Assembly (NCBI GenBank): GCA_951406725.2
Contig: OX597826.1
Coordinates: 82,646,001 to 82,710,000, forward strand
Length of the DNA: 64,000 nucleotides
Source: Octopus vulgaris
Taxonomy: Eukaryota
Direction of reading: 5' to 3'
The position numbers and the translations under genes were made by a program. Position 1 is the first letter of the stretch; the number at the start of each line of letters is the position of its first letter. This document shows, piece after piece, positions 52,961 through 64,000 of the stretch. Below the pieces are notes generated by a model. It did no database searches. It saw only the letters and a program-made list of their open reading frames with translations, and was not told the DNA's origin.

Positions 52961-55900
52961 GAAGGAAAGATCTAACAGACAAGCAATGGAAGGCAATTGT
53001 CCTCATATCATATCCTATTGTCTGAAATACAAAGAAGAAACGTATTAGATATGTAGACCTAATCGCCTCTCCAAAACTGGAGAACCTTTCATCATATGAC
53101 TGCCTCCTCTTTTTCACTGAGCTCGGTTTAGACAATAAATAGCAGCCACCCTTCTTATCTTTGCTTTATTCACACTCCACCCTCCATCCAATCATCACGT
53201 ATATTTTTAACTCCCATCCGTATATGTAAACCCATCTGTCTTTTCATCTTATATATAAGAAGCGTGTTTGTATCCTACATCTCCCTTATCTGTCATTGTA
53301 ACGTCCCCTCTATGTAAACCTTTTTATAGGTAAATAAAGAAATATATTCACACACCTCCACGTGTTCCATAGTGGAATTGTGAAGAAAGTAGTGTGGCAG
53401 ACAGGACCTTCCTCTCTATGAAATTTATTATTTTTTGTATGAAGTTTTTTCTTGCTGTTCGTTTATTATATTCTTCATAAGGTTCTTGGATGCTTCAAAG
53501 ACGTTAGGATAGCATTTCACACAGATTTGGTTATTGATTCTTGCTGGTCAAGCAATCGCAGAAATGTCTCCGTGCTGTTTCATACAATGTATATTAGTGT
53601 GGAATGTCATATGAGGACTGCCTCAGTACGACTGTGTTGCTCTCACTGTTTACTGTATGTCTGCAAGCTTTCTGACGAGACCAGACCAAAGGAAGGTAGA
53701 ATCAGTATCATTGAGTTAGTTCTCTGCAGAATTCTTCTTACTCAAATCAATTTTCCTTTGATAAGGCAGAGCCACGATACAAGGCGTTTCAATTATGACC
53801 ATCCCATGTTTTCTATATAACTAGAAATTCGTTCATATTTTAAGAGATAACATGTGAGTAAATAGCATTTTGCTGTCATTTTTAGCAGGTCATACGACCA
53901 CGTAGAGGTTTCCACGCTGTCTCTTTTCAGCATTTGTTTCAAAGGTAAATCTTTCAACTTGATTTTTCAATTGAGTCTCTGCTTTGAATTTGTCTGGATT
54001 CGGCGAATGGAATCGGGTGTTCGATAGTTTATAACAAATAGAATGAACGCTGCACAGCATCAGTGACAAAGCTGGCAGCATGGAACGATTGTTCCACAGA
54101 ATGAAATAGAATGAGATGAAAAGAATGGATTTATATCTGCCGATTCAGATAAAAAAAAAATATGAAAGATGGGCTTCAATGCATAAACACAATTGATGAG
54201 TTTTGGAAAACAAATGCGATGGGGAACTATAGTATTAACTTCAGGTTAAATTCGTTCCAAAATACATCATTCGTTCTTTGAATTCTGTTAAATAAAATTT
54301 AAATCAATGGCTACCATAATCTAGAGATAATGTGCAGGTACAAGAGGTTGTAATGTGGCCTCTGTTTTTGAGATTATATTTTCCAATACAGAGAGACAAA
54401 ATAAATTATACCTGAATATGATTATGGAGAGTTGCAATGATTTCTCAGTAATGTAAAGAGACTATGTTATATCAACTAAGAATTGAAAGGATATCACCAA
54501 GTTGCTTTTTGGGGGAACTTTTATCTTGCGCTACAATAATCTAAAGAGAACATTTTTGTTTACATAAACTGGGTATGGAGTCAAGGTGGCTTTGGAGCTA
54601 ATATTTTTCTGCTACCTTTGCTATACATGGAAGCAAGATGAATCCGGTGGAATGTGAGAGTTTTGTCTCTTTAGAATCAGTTAAGTATGTAAATCATCTT
54701 TGACCGAGAATCGAAACCATTTTTGAAGTGTCACATTGATATCACAGTATCTACTTCAGCTCTTGTTGCCAAGTAAAACTGCCTACTTCTTCTTTCTGTT
54801 TCAATGTATCACAAACTGTGTTTTATGCCATAGAAATGACTAAAAGGGAACTCGAACCAGAGTGCCATGCTTTCATATCCTCCTGCAGGCATTTCAATGT
54901 ACCAAACTAGATATAACAACGGATTTCAGCTTTTGAAAAAGTCCAGTACATAGATAGACTTGCATATTATCCAGAGAAAAGTAGTGACTTGATTTCCATG
55001 CACCGTTTACAGCGGACGCCGTCGGTAAGCAACACTTTTCTGAGCCCTGGATTTTGTGAAGATATTAATGCTTCGATTTCAGCATATATCCTCATTGATA
55101 ACAGCGATTTATTCCTATGTCAAGAAAGGCATGCTGAGCTGATTACTCAATAAATTTAGAGGATAAGAGTAACCCAGTTGGAGATAATGAATTTGTCTGC
55201 CAAACTAAGAAGGAAAAATTATGGTTTATTATGTTTGATCCGAACAGTAATCCTGATTAACATCTAGGATTCTTGACATCATAGTTTTTGCATAAAGAAT
55301 AGCTGTTTACGTCGGCAGCTATGTCAGCGTCAGAGTAAAAAGAAATATGATACATTTTAATTATTATACAAAAAAAAAACATGACAGAATATAATCGAGT
55401 GACTAAGAAGTTTGATTGGTAAATATGAGGACACGATTCTTTGGAATGTTTTAGGAAAATCAGTAGTCGACTCAAAACTTGTAAGAGAACTGAGTGGAAG
55501 CCCGTTGGATGGGTTGTACAAGGATTTCAAACTCCACTTTCCTTACAATTTGTAACGAAGACGAAACTCTGCCTCAGGTGCACACTGATGTACATCCGTC
55601 CGTTGAATACTCAACCACACACTTATTATTGAGGGAGTATATTTGGTGGAACATCTGAAAAATCATGGTAGTAATCTTCGTTCCTGGTCTATACATGTTT
55701 ATGATATACATACATACATAGAGGGACGGTACGGATGAGGGAGGGGTCGATGGTACCTATAGTTTTTACAATCCGCTTGCCAAGCTCCCAACTTTGGTCT
55801 ACTCTTGATCCAAGGTGCTAGTTCTCTGAAACTAGTAAGCTCAGGAAGTAACGATCGAAAGAACGGAGACTACACCTGTTGACTATCCAGGTAGAGCTAC

Positions 55901-57879
55901 ATATGCCTCAGCCTCAGCGTATGTCAGCGCATCAGCAACCAAGGCATCCTTAGCGCACCTTTTGCGGATGCTGGCAGTAGACAGAGCGCTTTGCAAGAGG
56001 ACTTCTACCCCTCCACATAAAGCGGAAGAACAGCCACTTCAACTTGATCAGCCACGATCGGGGGCAAGGCACGACGGTTAGGCGGTAGGTAATAGCAGAT
56101 GCGATATACACTCCTGCAACCTCTGCCCTTTCTTTAAGGGATGGCTGCAGCTCGGACCAGGACCTAACCCTAAAACCTTAAAACCAGTACAAACGCACGA
56201 ACGATGTCATAAATAACAGTGACAAACGAAACATACACCGCCGATAGTTGTTGAAAAACAACGGCAGTAATTTTATTCAGTTGAATACACGTCATTGATT
56301 GGTTAAAATTACCGAAATACGAGAACTTGAAGGTGAAATATCTTCGTAAATATAAGTTTTTCTCAAAAATGCTAAGAATAAAACATGTTTTATATGACAC
56401 AGCCTACCAGTGTCCGAAGTTTGAAAGTGTTTAGTTACAAAAAATTATTTTTTAAATCTGTAGGTAAAAGGTAAAGATCCTACAGCGGTAGTAAAGCAAA
56501 AATGTAAGGTCTTTACATACAGGATCTGCTTTGTAAAGAACAACTTGGTGACAATAACGGAAATGTGTAATAATATTTGTAAGATAGGTACGTATAATTT
56601 TTCTCCTGTTTTATAAATTTCCTGCAGCAGTTTACTTGCGTCGGTGAAGAATCTCATCTACATCGATGTTACTGCTACTGGCGGACAACCTACGAAGACC
56701 ACGGGCAGAGCTTTTTTTTCTGCTTCAAGATCAATGATGCAAACATTTACAAAAATACCACAATGCCTCTCACAACAACCAAACAAAAATATTTCAAGCT
56801 TGCAGTAAAACAGCAAAATCTGGCAAGAAAATAATAAAGTTTCTGTATCAGGAAAATAAATACAAATATTCTTCACAACAGAATATTTTTGATGCCTGAG
56901 GAAAAAAAGAGTCTAATATTTTGGAAGTTTACCTTTCTGCGAAAGTGAAAAAAAGTCGCTTGCCTTCAAAGACAGATGCAAAATCTTACCTATTGGCACT
57001 GGTTTGGTGGGAGGGGTGAGATGAAAAACCGTGGTAGATTCATTCTCAGCGACATAAGTGAACCTGTTTTATGATAAATATTACAATATTTTGCTTCTTT
57101 TTCTTTCTTTCTTTCTCTCTTTCTCACCCTGAATATGATAGACTGTATTATATACTTCTTCATCATCACCGTGTTTCATAATCTAATTCTGTCAGCTGTT
57201 TGGTCGTCGCATCTGTTACAGTTATATGAGTTATTTATGGACTAAAAATTATGTGCTACTCATATTGTCATTTCTATTAAAAGCTTTATTTTGAATAAAA
57301 AGCCCCCCACCTTTTTTTTTTGCTAAGAAGAGTAAACTCAAATTGTGGCAAAGACAGATGTGAGGAGAGAAAAGTGGGGTCATGGGTTCGGTACTTTTTC
57401 ATGTATTGACCTGGATTAAATATATTTTCTATTAATCCTTTGAAATTCCATTTGGTGACGTACTGTTTTGGGTGGAACACTGACAGAAGTGCCGAGCAGA
57501 ATGACTGACTGTAATTACTCCGGCTTTCTTATGTTCCGATTTCAATTTTCGCTCAGGTAGACGCTGCTTTCCATTCCTTCCACGTTGATTGCTAATGAAT
57601 CATCTTCGTATAGGAATCGATTTCCTTCTGTCTCCTCAATTTCTCCTGGGTTCAGACATTCATCATTGACACAGTTGAAAACAGTGTCTTGGTTTAAGAT
57701 TTGTCTTTAAAATACTCAAACACGTTACTTTTATATCTCTATTGTCTTCTGTTGCCTTTAACAAGGATTCAAGCCAAACGATAATCTATCACACACTCTA
57801 TCTAAAATGCAACATAAAATATTTATACTACTTACTACAGCAAACAACTGTTGGACGAAGTAATTACTGACATTTTACT

Positions 57880-58189
57880 GAACCCCCTTCGGACATGATT
57901 GTTTCCTAGAATGTTCCCCTCCGTGACGCAAGTCTAGGCACGATTGTTTGTCAAAGACCAGCAGTCACTCGTCCATACCAACCTCCCCTCTCCACGCCAC
58001 CGATGTTATCCAAGGGAAGGTTGATACAGCATGGCACCCTTGACGTTGCAACTCATTTTTTCTACAACTGAGGGAAATAGGGCAACGCGAAATAAAGTAT
58101 CTTGCTCAAAAACACAACACAAGCCTGGTCCGAGAATTGAACTGACTACTTCATGATTGTGATTCCGGCACTCTAATCACTGAGCCATG
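57880..58189 (-). mobile_element. tRNA-derived SINE (family 2)
   Basis: Minus: TGGCTCAGTGATTAGAG (A box)...AGTTCAATTCTC (B box)...TGTGTTTTTGAGCAAGATACTT. Confidence 0.75.
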
Positions 58190-58213
58190 ATATATATATA
58201 TGATATATATGAT

Positions 58214-58292
<79 letters not shown>

Positions 58293-59849
58293 CACTCTCT
58301 ATGGATGAGGTGTTTGGTGTATTTTTATAGCCGTAGACTCTGCTAAAGTAGCAACATCCCTGAGAATAGTTAATTAAAATAGTGTTCTTTAAGCGTTAGA
58401 GACGTAGATTTTCTTATGATCAGGTCATTATTGAGAATCTTATCTCTCTAAGTTTTTCAGTGAAAGGAAGCCGATCATTTAAGATAAAGAATAATGAATT
58501 ATTTTCTATTATCAATAGCGGATATTGAAAATAATCATTGTTTCTACTTTTTCATTAAACAATTACAGCTGAATTAAGATCTTTATTGTTTAATTAACTC
58601 ACAGATGTGTGAGTCAAATCACTGTTAATTGGTGACAGAAGAAAATTGGTTAATTGACTGTTAAATAAATACCAGTATACCCTGATAATATCAACTTGTT
58701 AAAGATTCTTTATTATTAGGCGTCAGTAAAGAATTATGGGTTGGTAAAACCGTTAGGGTAGCTGTCTAAGTAACTGTGCCTAGTTCTAGTTCCACATAGA
58801 TCGAGTTTTCATTGTATCACTTGGGCAGATATAAAATAAATACTATTTAATGCAAAAGTTTTGTATTTTGGTTTTGCCGCGAAGCTATAACCGTTTCCCC
58901 TGCTGCAGTTGTCGACGGTGCTGAGGATGCAAAACAAGAGACAACGCGTTTAGAAGTCATTAATTTGCATCACAGAGTCCACATTGTAATTGTTTTGTCG
59001 TCGATAGACTCAACTCTCAACGACTGATGTCATATAATATGAAATATAGAGTGTACGGGAACAGAACTCCACGTTGTAATGCAGACACATCTGTAGTCAG
59101 GTGGCGGATTGGCAGTATCGCTAGAGAGTCGATTAGAATGCCCCCCGTTATTTCATTCAGATCCCAGAGGTTTGAGTTCAAACATTACTGAAACTAAATT
59201 TTCTTCTATGCTTTCGCGGTAATTAAACTTTCACCCAAGAACTGAACTTGACTTTTTCTTCCTCGCTGATGCTAAGTAGACAGCGATGATGAAAGTAATA
59301 AGATGGTCAATAATTAAAAAAAAAATGCACACCCATGTAATTTGCTATCCGAAAAAAATGACCTTTGCCTTAAGAAAGCATTGAGTATACTGCTGAGTAA
59401 TGGGAACCTGGTAAACAAGCATGATGGGAAAATTCCAAGGTAACCACCGCGCCTAATATGCATTTTCAAGATGGAACATTGTATAAAAATAATAATAACT
59501 ATCATTCTATTTTACTACACCCATCCTTTCCTTTTCACGTCTATATACATGATGGAGTGTTCGCATATATAATGGTGTGGCCAACGATACACCTATGTTC
59601 ATGATTATGGATAGATATATGTATGTGCGTCTATGCATAGGTGTGAATATGTTTATTGATCGATATGTGTGTAGGGGGTGCACGTATGTATATTCGTACT
59701 TATATATGTATATATGTGTGTGTGTGTATGTATGTATGGGGACGCTCAGAGATGTAGTTGTATGTATATGTGTGTCAGTGATTATATATGTATGAGCGCG
59801 TGTGTGAGTGTATTTTGTGAAATAATAAAATTTATCACGTGCAACCTAA

Positions 59850-60022
59850 CCTGTGAAACAAAGTGGACAGCCAGAGTATCCAATGCCGCCCATGTCGATC
59901 GTACCGAGGCACGTCGTCGACAGCGACAGGATGGGAACTGCCAGCGTTTACTAGATTCAAAAGAGCCAGTTGGATGTGTTAGCATCAAGTTGAAAATTTA
60001 TGATGATGATGATGATGATGAT
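59850..60022 (+). mobile_element. Possible RTE-type extreme 3' end with (GAT)n tail
   Basis: GC-richer island translating KWTARVS...EARRRQRQDG..RLL, ending in (GAT)n. Confidence 0.35.
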
Positions 60023-60372
60023 AGAGATTATATATCACATGAGGAGATACAAATTTGATCTCATTATAGAGGTAAACCGTTGCTTAATTTAAATCCTGTG
60101 TATATGTGGATCTATGTTGTATCGAAACATATGTAGGGTTTCGTAATTAACAATCTAACTGTATTCCTTCCTATTGACTCTATTTATTCAATTTTTATTT
60201 TTCACACACGACGAATGCCTAAGCCTACACTTCGAATACTACCGGCTATTTGGTAATTCTAAGGGTGAACGAGGTCTATTTTGCACTCTAATACGTTCCT
60301 AACGTCTATTTTTAGCATGCATACACAGGATCCACATAGTGACCTCTTATATATATATATATATATATATAT

Positions 60373-60548
60373 GGAGAGTTTACGAAAAAAACAAAAGACA
60401 AAGACAGGTGGTGTACAAAACAAACAGATGTATTAGTATAACGCTCAGGAATAGAAAAACTCTTTTACGTTTCGAGCCTACGCTCTTCTACAGAAAGGGA
60501 CTAAGAAAAAACAAGGAGAGAAAAACATGTGTGTAGTGGCTAACGATC
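60373..60548 (-). mobile_element. Hammerhead-containing mini-element, subfamily A
   Basis: Minus motif CUUU-CUGUAGA-A-GAGC-GUAG-GCUC-GAAACGUA-AAAG (60462-60497); (TA)n both sides. Confidence 0.75.
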
Positions 60549-60574
60549 TATATATATAATACGTACACATATAT

Positions 60575-60613
<39 letters not shown>

Positions 60614-61258
60614 ATACGTACATACATGTGCACACACACGCTTGTACGTGTATACACACGTACACATGCATAAATATACACATACCCACATCATTTGAAC
60701 CCCGCAGAACAGAACCCCGCAACACAATTCAGAAAACTACTCACAACCATTCTCCCCAGAGACTAATATTTTCGAGAGAAACGTTGTTGTTTATAAACAC
60801 ACTTCACACTTTCTCGGAGCGTTGCAATTTATCATTTGTCCAGAACGTTGTAGATTATGTTTGTCGTTACGGCATGCACAAATACTTTCTTCTGCTTCAA
60901 TTAATAGATGCAACCACAATATTTTTTTCTATTCTGTTTATGTTTTAGTTTTTTTTACTTAATGATGTAGACTATGTTTGTTTGTGTTTTTTCTTTTATT
61001 TATTTATTTATTTTTGATGTTGTGATACTTATTTTGATAAAAAAAAATAATAATATTGCTGATCTTTCTGCTCTGTTTCTCAAGTTCGTACTTTGATTTT
61101 CATGGCGTTGTTTAAAATTTCCTTCAGACATAATAATATATCCGTGGCTAACGGCTTTCCACTGTCTATCATTGAAGTCAGTTGGTAGGGCACGGAAAGA
61201 AATCATGTTGACTCCAAAAGCTTGACTGAGTAACATGAGTTTGTACACACAAGTCTGC

Positions 61259-61316
<58 letters not shown>

Positions 61317-61774
61317 ATACATTCATACATACAAAGTGTGTACATGAACATATCTATCGTTCCCTATGCATACACACATGCTTATATTCATACTTCAATA
61401 TACATACAAGCCTATGCACATGAGTGTGTGTGTGTAGACTAGCAAATTCAAAAAAACTGGCAGTAGCAGACCATCGTCTACGGCCATTGATATGAATCGC
61501 TAGCGTCTGAACGAATTAATTCGCGCACAGAAAATTCACAAACGTACAGCCAGCGATTTTGGCTGTTCAGTCATCTCCCATGCATTGCCCACCTAATATC
61601 CGGTTCCCTCCGATTTCCACCTGTTTGACTGAAGGAAGCATTTGATATTTCAGAGGAAGAGAATGTAGCTATGAAAGCGTGTAGAAAAATACAGTAATTT
61701 TTTTTAATGGGATTTTGAGAGTTGCATCGATTAGCATGGAGACTATGGTAAGTTGTGTCTTAATGTAGCGGACG

Positions 61775-62386
61775 AGTTACATTTTCGTTTTCTGTAAGCT
61801 TTTGTGGTATGTGCCTATACCATTTTTTTCTGTTGTTATTCCATAATGTTGGCATAGCTTCCAGTGTATGTAGGTCCCAAATCTGTCGTGTCTGTGAATA
61901 TATTCCTTATAAGCCAGGGCTGGGCAGCCAGAGATAATATGATTTATTGTTTCTTGTCCATCTCCACATATTCTGCAGTTACTTGTTATATTTCTTTTCA
62001 TTACATGTTTTTGGTAATTTCTGGTGGGGAGGCTTTGGTCTTGTGCTGCAATTAAAAATCCCTCCGTCTCTGCTTTGAGTCCTGAGCTTCTCAACCATTG
62101 CTGGGATTTTTCTTTGTCGATATCTTTTGCATTTAGTTTAGTCCAGTATTTACCATGAAGGGGCTTTTCTTGCCATCGTTTTATCTTGGTCCGTTGCTGT
62201 TCTAGTTTTCGTTTGGATTTCATTTGTTTTATAGCTTTGTCGTGTTTTCTTCTTCTTCTTCTTCTTCTTCTTCTTCTTCTTCTTCTGCTTCTTCTTCTTC
62301 TGCTTCTTCTTCTTCTGCTTCTTCTTCTTCTTCTTCTTCATATTTGTTAGGTGGTATGATTTCTTGTTTGTATTTGTCAGGTTTGT
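61775..62386 (-). mobile_element. R4/Dong-type RLE LINE fragment with internal (GAA)n expansion
   Basis: RWQEKPLHGKY, ETEGFLIAAQDQ, CRIC...ETINHIISGC, RHD; upstream KYKQEIIPPNKY-(E)n. Confidence 0.88.
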
Positions 62387-62404
62387 ATTATTATTATTAT
62401 TACT

Positions 62405-62637
62405 CTATGTTTGACTTTTGCTTTATATTTGTACAAGTTGGCTCCAAGTCTCACTCAGAGACCTCAAGAGACAACAGGCTGGAAGTTCGTGTTGTTGTTA
62501 TGCCTAGTGTGCCATATATTTGGTTTTGTATTTAGTGTTGTACTAGTGAATGTCTAAAAAAAAAACAAAATTATGTTTGTTTTAAAACATTACATAGAAA
62601 GTATTTTGTGTAGGATATTAGCAGTTCCCATGAGCAC

Positions 62638-62638
<1 letters not shown>
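62405..62638 (-). mobile_element. 3' end of the R4/Dong family at 9768-10862
   Basis: Close match to 9768-9995; (TTA)n on both sides. Confidence 0.88.
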
Positions 62639-62672
<34 letters not shown>

Positions 62673-62674
<2 letters not shown>

Positions 62675-63036
62675 TATACACTCAACAGATTAGACTGTTG
62701 GAAAAGAAAAGAATCCTAACATCAGGCTACAACAAATTGCCTTAGATGGCAAGAACCCTCCTAAGTATCTTGGTTGTCCCTAATAACACTGTTTTTGCAG
62801 CTCTACTAAATTGGATTTTATGTCTATGGCTAAGACGATCTGTTCAGATCTCTAGGGATAATCCCCAATGCCCCTATAACTACTGGGATACATTTTATCC
62901 GCACTCTTTATATCTCCATAGTCTCTGTAATTCAATGGCCAGGTCCTGGTACTTTGCTATCTTTCTATACTTCTCATTAATTTTTCCTCATTTGGGACTG
63001 TAAAGTCAATTATCTGGCACTTTCTATCCTCTTTAT

Positions 63037-63040
<4 letters not shown>
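62673..63040 (-). mobile_element. 3' fragment of another RLE LINE family
   Basis: Minus: VDKEDRKCQIIDF...KIAKYQDLAIELQRLW...IPVVIGALG...VLLGTTKILRRVLAI*. Confidence 0.85.
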
Positions 63041-63075
<35 letters not shown>

Positions 63076-63119
63076 GTGGCCAGTCACGCAGACGGCGCAA
63101 TACGTCGTCATAATGGGGG

Positions 63120-64000
63120 ACATTTCAGATGGTAAGTCAGAGATCATTGTCAAATAATTTGCGGTTCCCGTTTTGATCATTCCAAATGCTTCTACAATTC
63201 CTGGTATTGCAACCGTCTTGAGATGTCAAAGATTTCGATTAGCAAATCTTTATATTTTCTCAACTTATCAAATTCTTTCGCCGACATATTATGGTACCAA
63301 GGTATGCTCATGTCAATCAATAAACGGTCTTTATTGTTTTGCTTTTTCACAACAATATCTGGTTTATTTGCTTTGATAGTCCGGTCAGTACTTTTTGGAA
63401 AGTACCAAAGAATCGTTACATTTTCTCCTTCAGTTACAGCCTCGGCGTGGTGCTTGTACCATTTGTCAGCAGTTTTGATTTTATAATGGCGACAAATTAT
63501 CCAGTGTATTGGATAATGTATTAATATTGACCAACTCCGCCATGTCTAGATTTGAACTCTACATGTGCTAAAACATTGCACCCAGAGATTAGGTGATCCA
63601 CTGTTTCAATTCTATCGTTGCAGTATACACACTTTGGGTCTAAACCATTCTTCATTACATTGGCTTAATAGTTCCGGGTCAAAATGCTCTGATCTTGAGC
63701 AGCCAAGATAATGCCTTCACTGGCCACTGATGGGTGTGCTTCTAGTCTACAACAGCTTGTTTGCTACAGGCCACATATATGCCATGCAGAGGATTTTGCT
63801 TTGCTATTGATTTCACCTTCTTTGCAACTACATTTGCCGCACTTCCATCATGCTGTTCTACCTGGGTATTTTGCATAAACTTAATTGAAAACTTTTTGTT
63901 CTCCTTCGTAACAAAATGTGGCTTTTTACGTCTCTCGTGGTTTTCAACGAGCTTTGTCATGTGGTAGTTTTGTGATAAATTTCAAATTGCATCAGGCCTC
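63120..64000 (-). mobile_element. Decayed RLE LINE fragment (further family), runs off window end
   Basis: Minus: PLHGIY, EGIILAAQDQSILTRNY, CVYC...ETVDHLISGC, ANKPDIVVK...LIDMSIP...KLRKYKDL with stops and frameshifts. Confidence 0.85.

Noticed and set aside
53665-53720. CTGACGA-GACC...GGTA-GAAT hammerhead-like string
   Set aside because: GAAA broken, stem II mismatched, no stem I or III
55720-56890. GC-richer segment, CCTAACCCTAA motif and probable repeat-derived sequence
   Set aside because: Not a telomeric array; element class and boundaries could not be supported from this window
58550-58670. Cluster of TAATT and E-box motifs (similar at 25170-25300, 27160-27210) resembling an enhancer
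   Set aside because: Expected by chance at this AT content; needs conservation or chromatin data

Overview
AT-rich eukaryotic, repeat-dominated window with no recognisable host protein-coding gene; the microsatellite load and SINE families suggest an octopus/cephalopod genome (inference). Real coding sequence is all retrotransposon-derived: a near full-length CR1-like APE/RT LINE (28587-33233, minus) whose ORF1 has a Myb/SANT-like N-terminus plus two CCCH fingers, a 5'-truncated CR1-like LINE with intact RT ORF (18928-20389), several R4/Dong-type RLE-LINE fragments (including a stack at 61.8-64 kb), an L1/Tx1-type 3' fragment and RTE fragments. Also present: many tRNA-derived SINEs, non-autonomous Helitrons and several long palindromes. 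The most striking feature not shown by the ORF track is a set of hammerhead-ribozyme-like motifs: seven well-formed plus three degenerate candidates. Five sit in a ~150-200 bp non-coding mini-element family beside (TA)n tracts, with stem covariation and recurrent non-canonical cores, and are probably Penelope-related. Most ORF-track entries are microsatellite artefacts.
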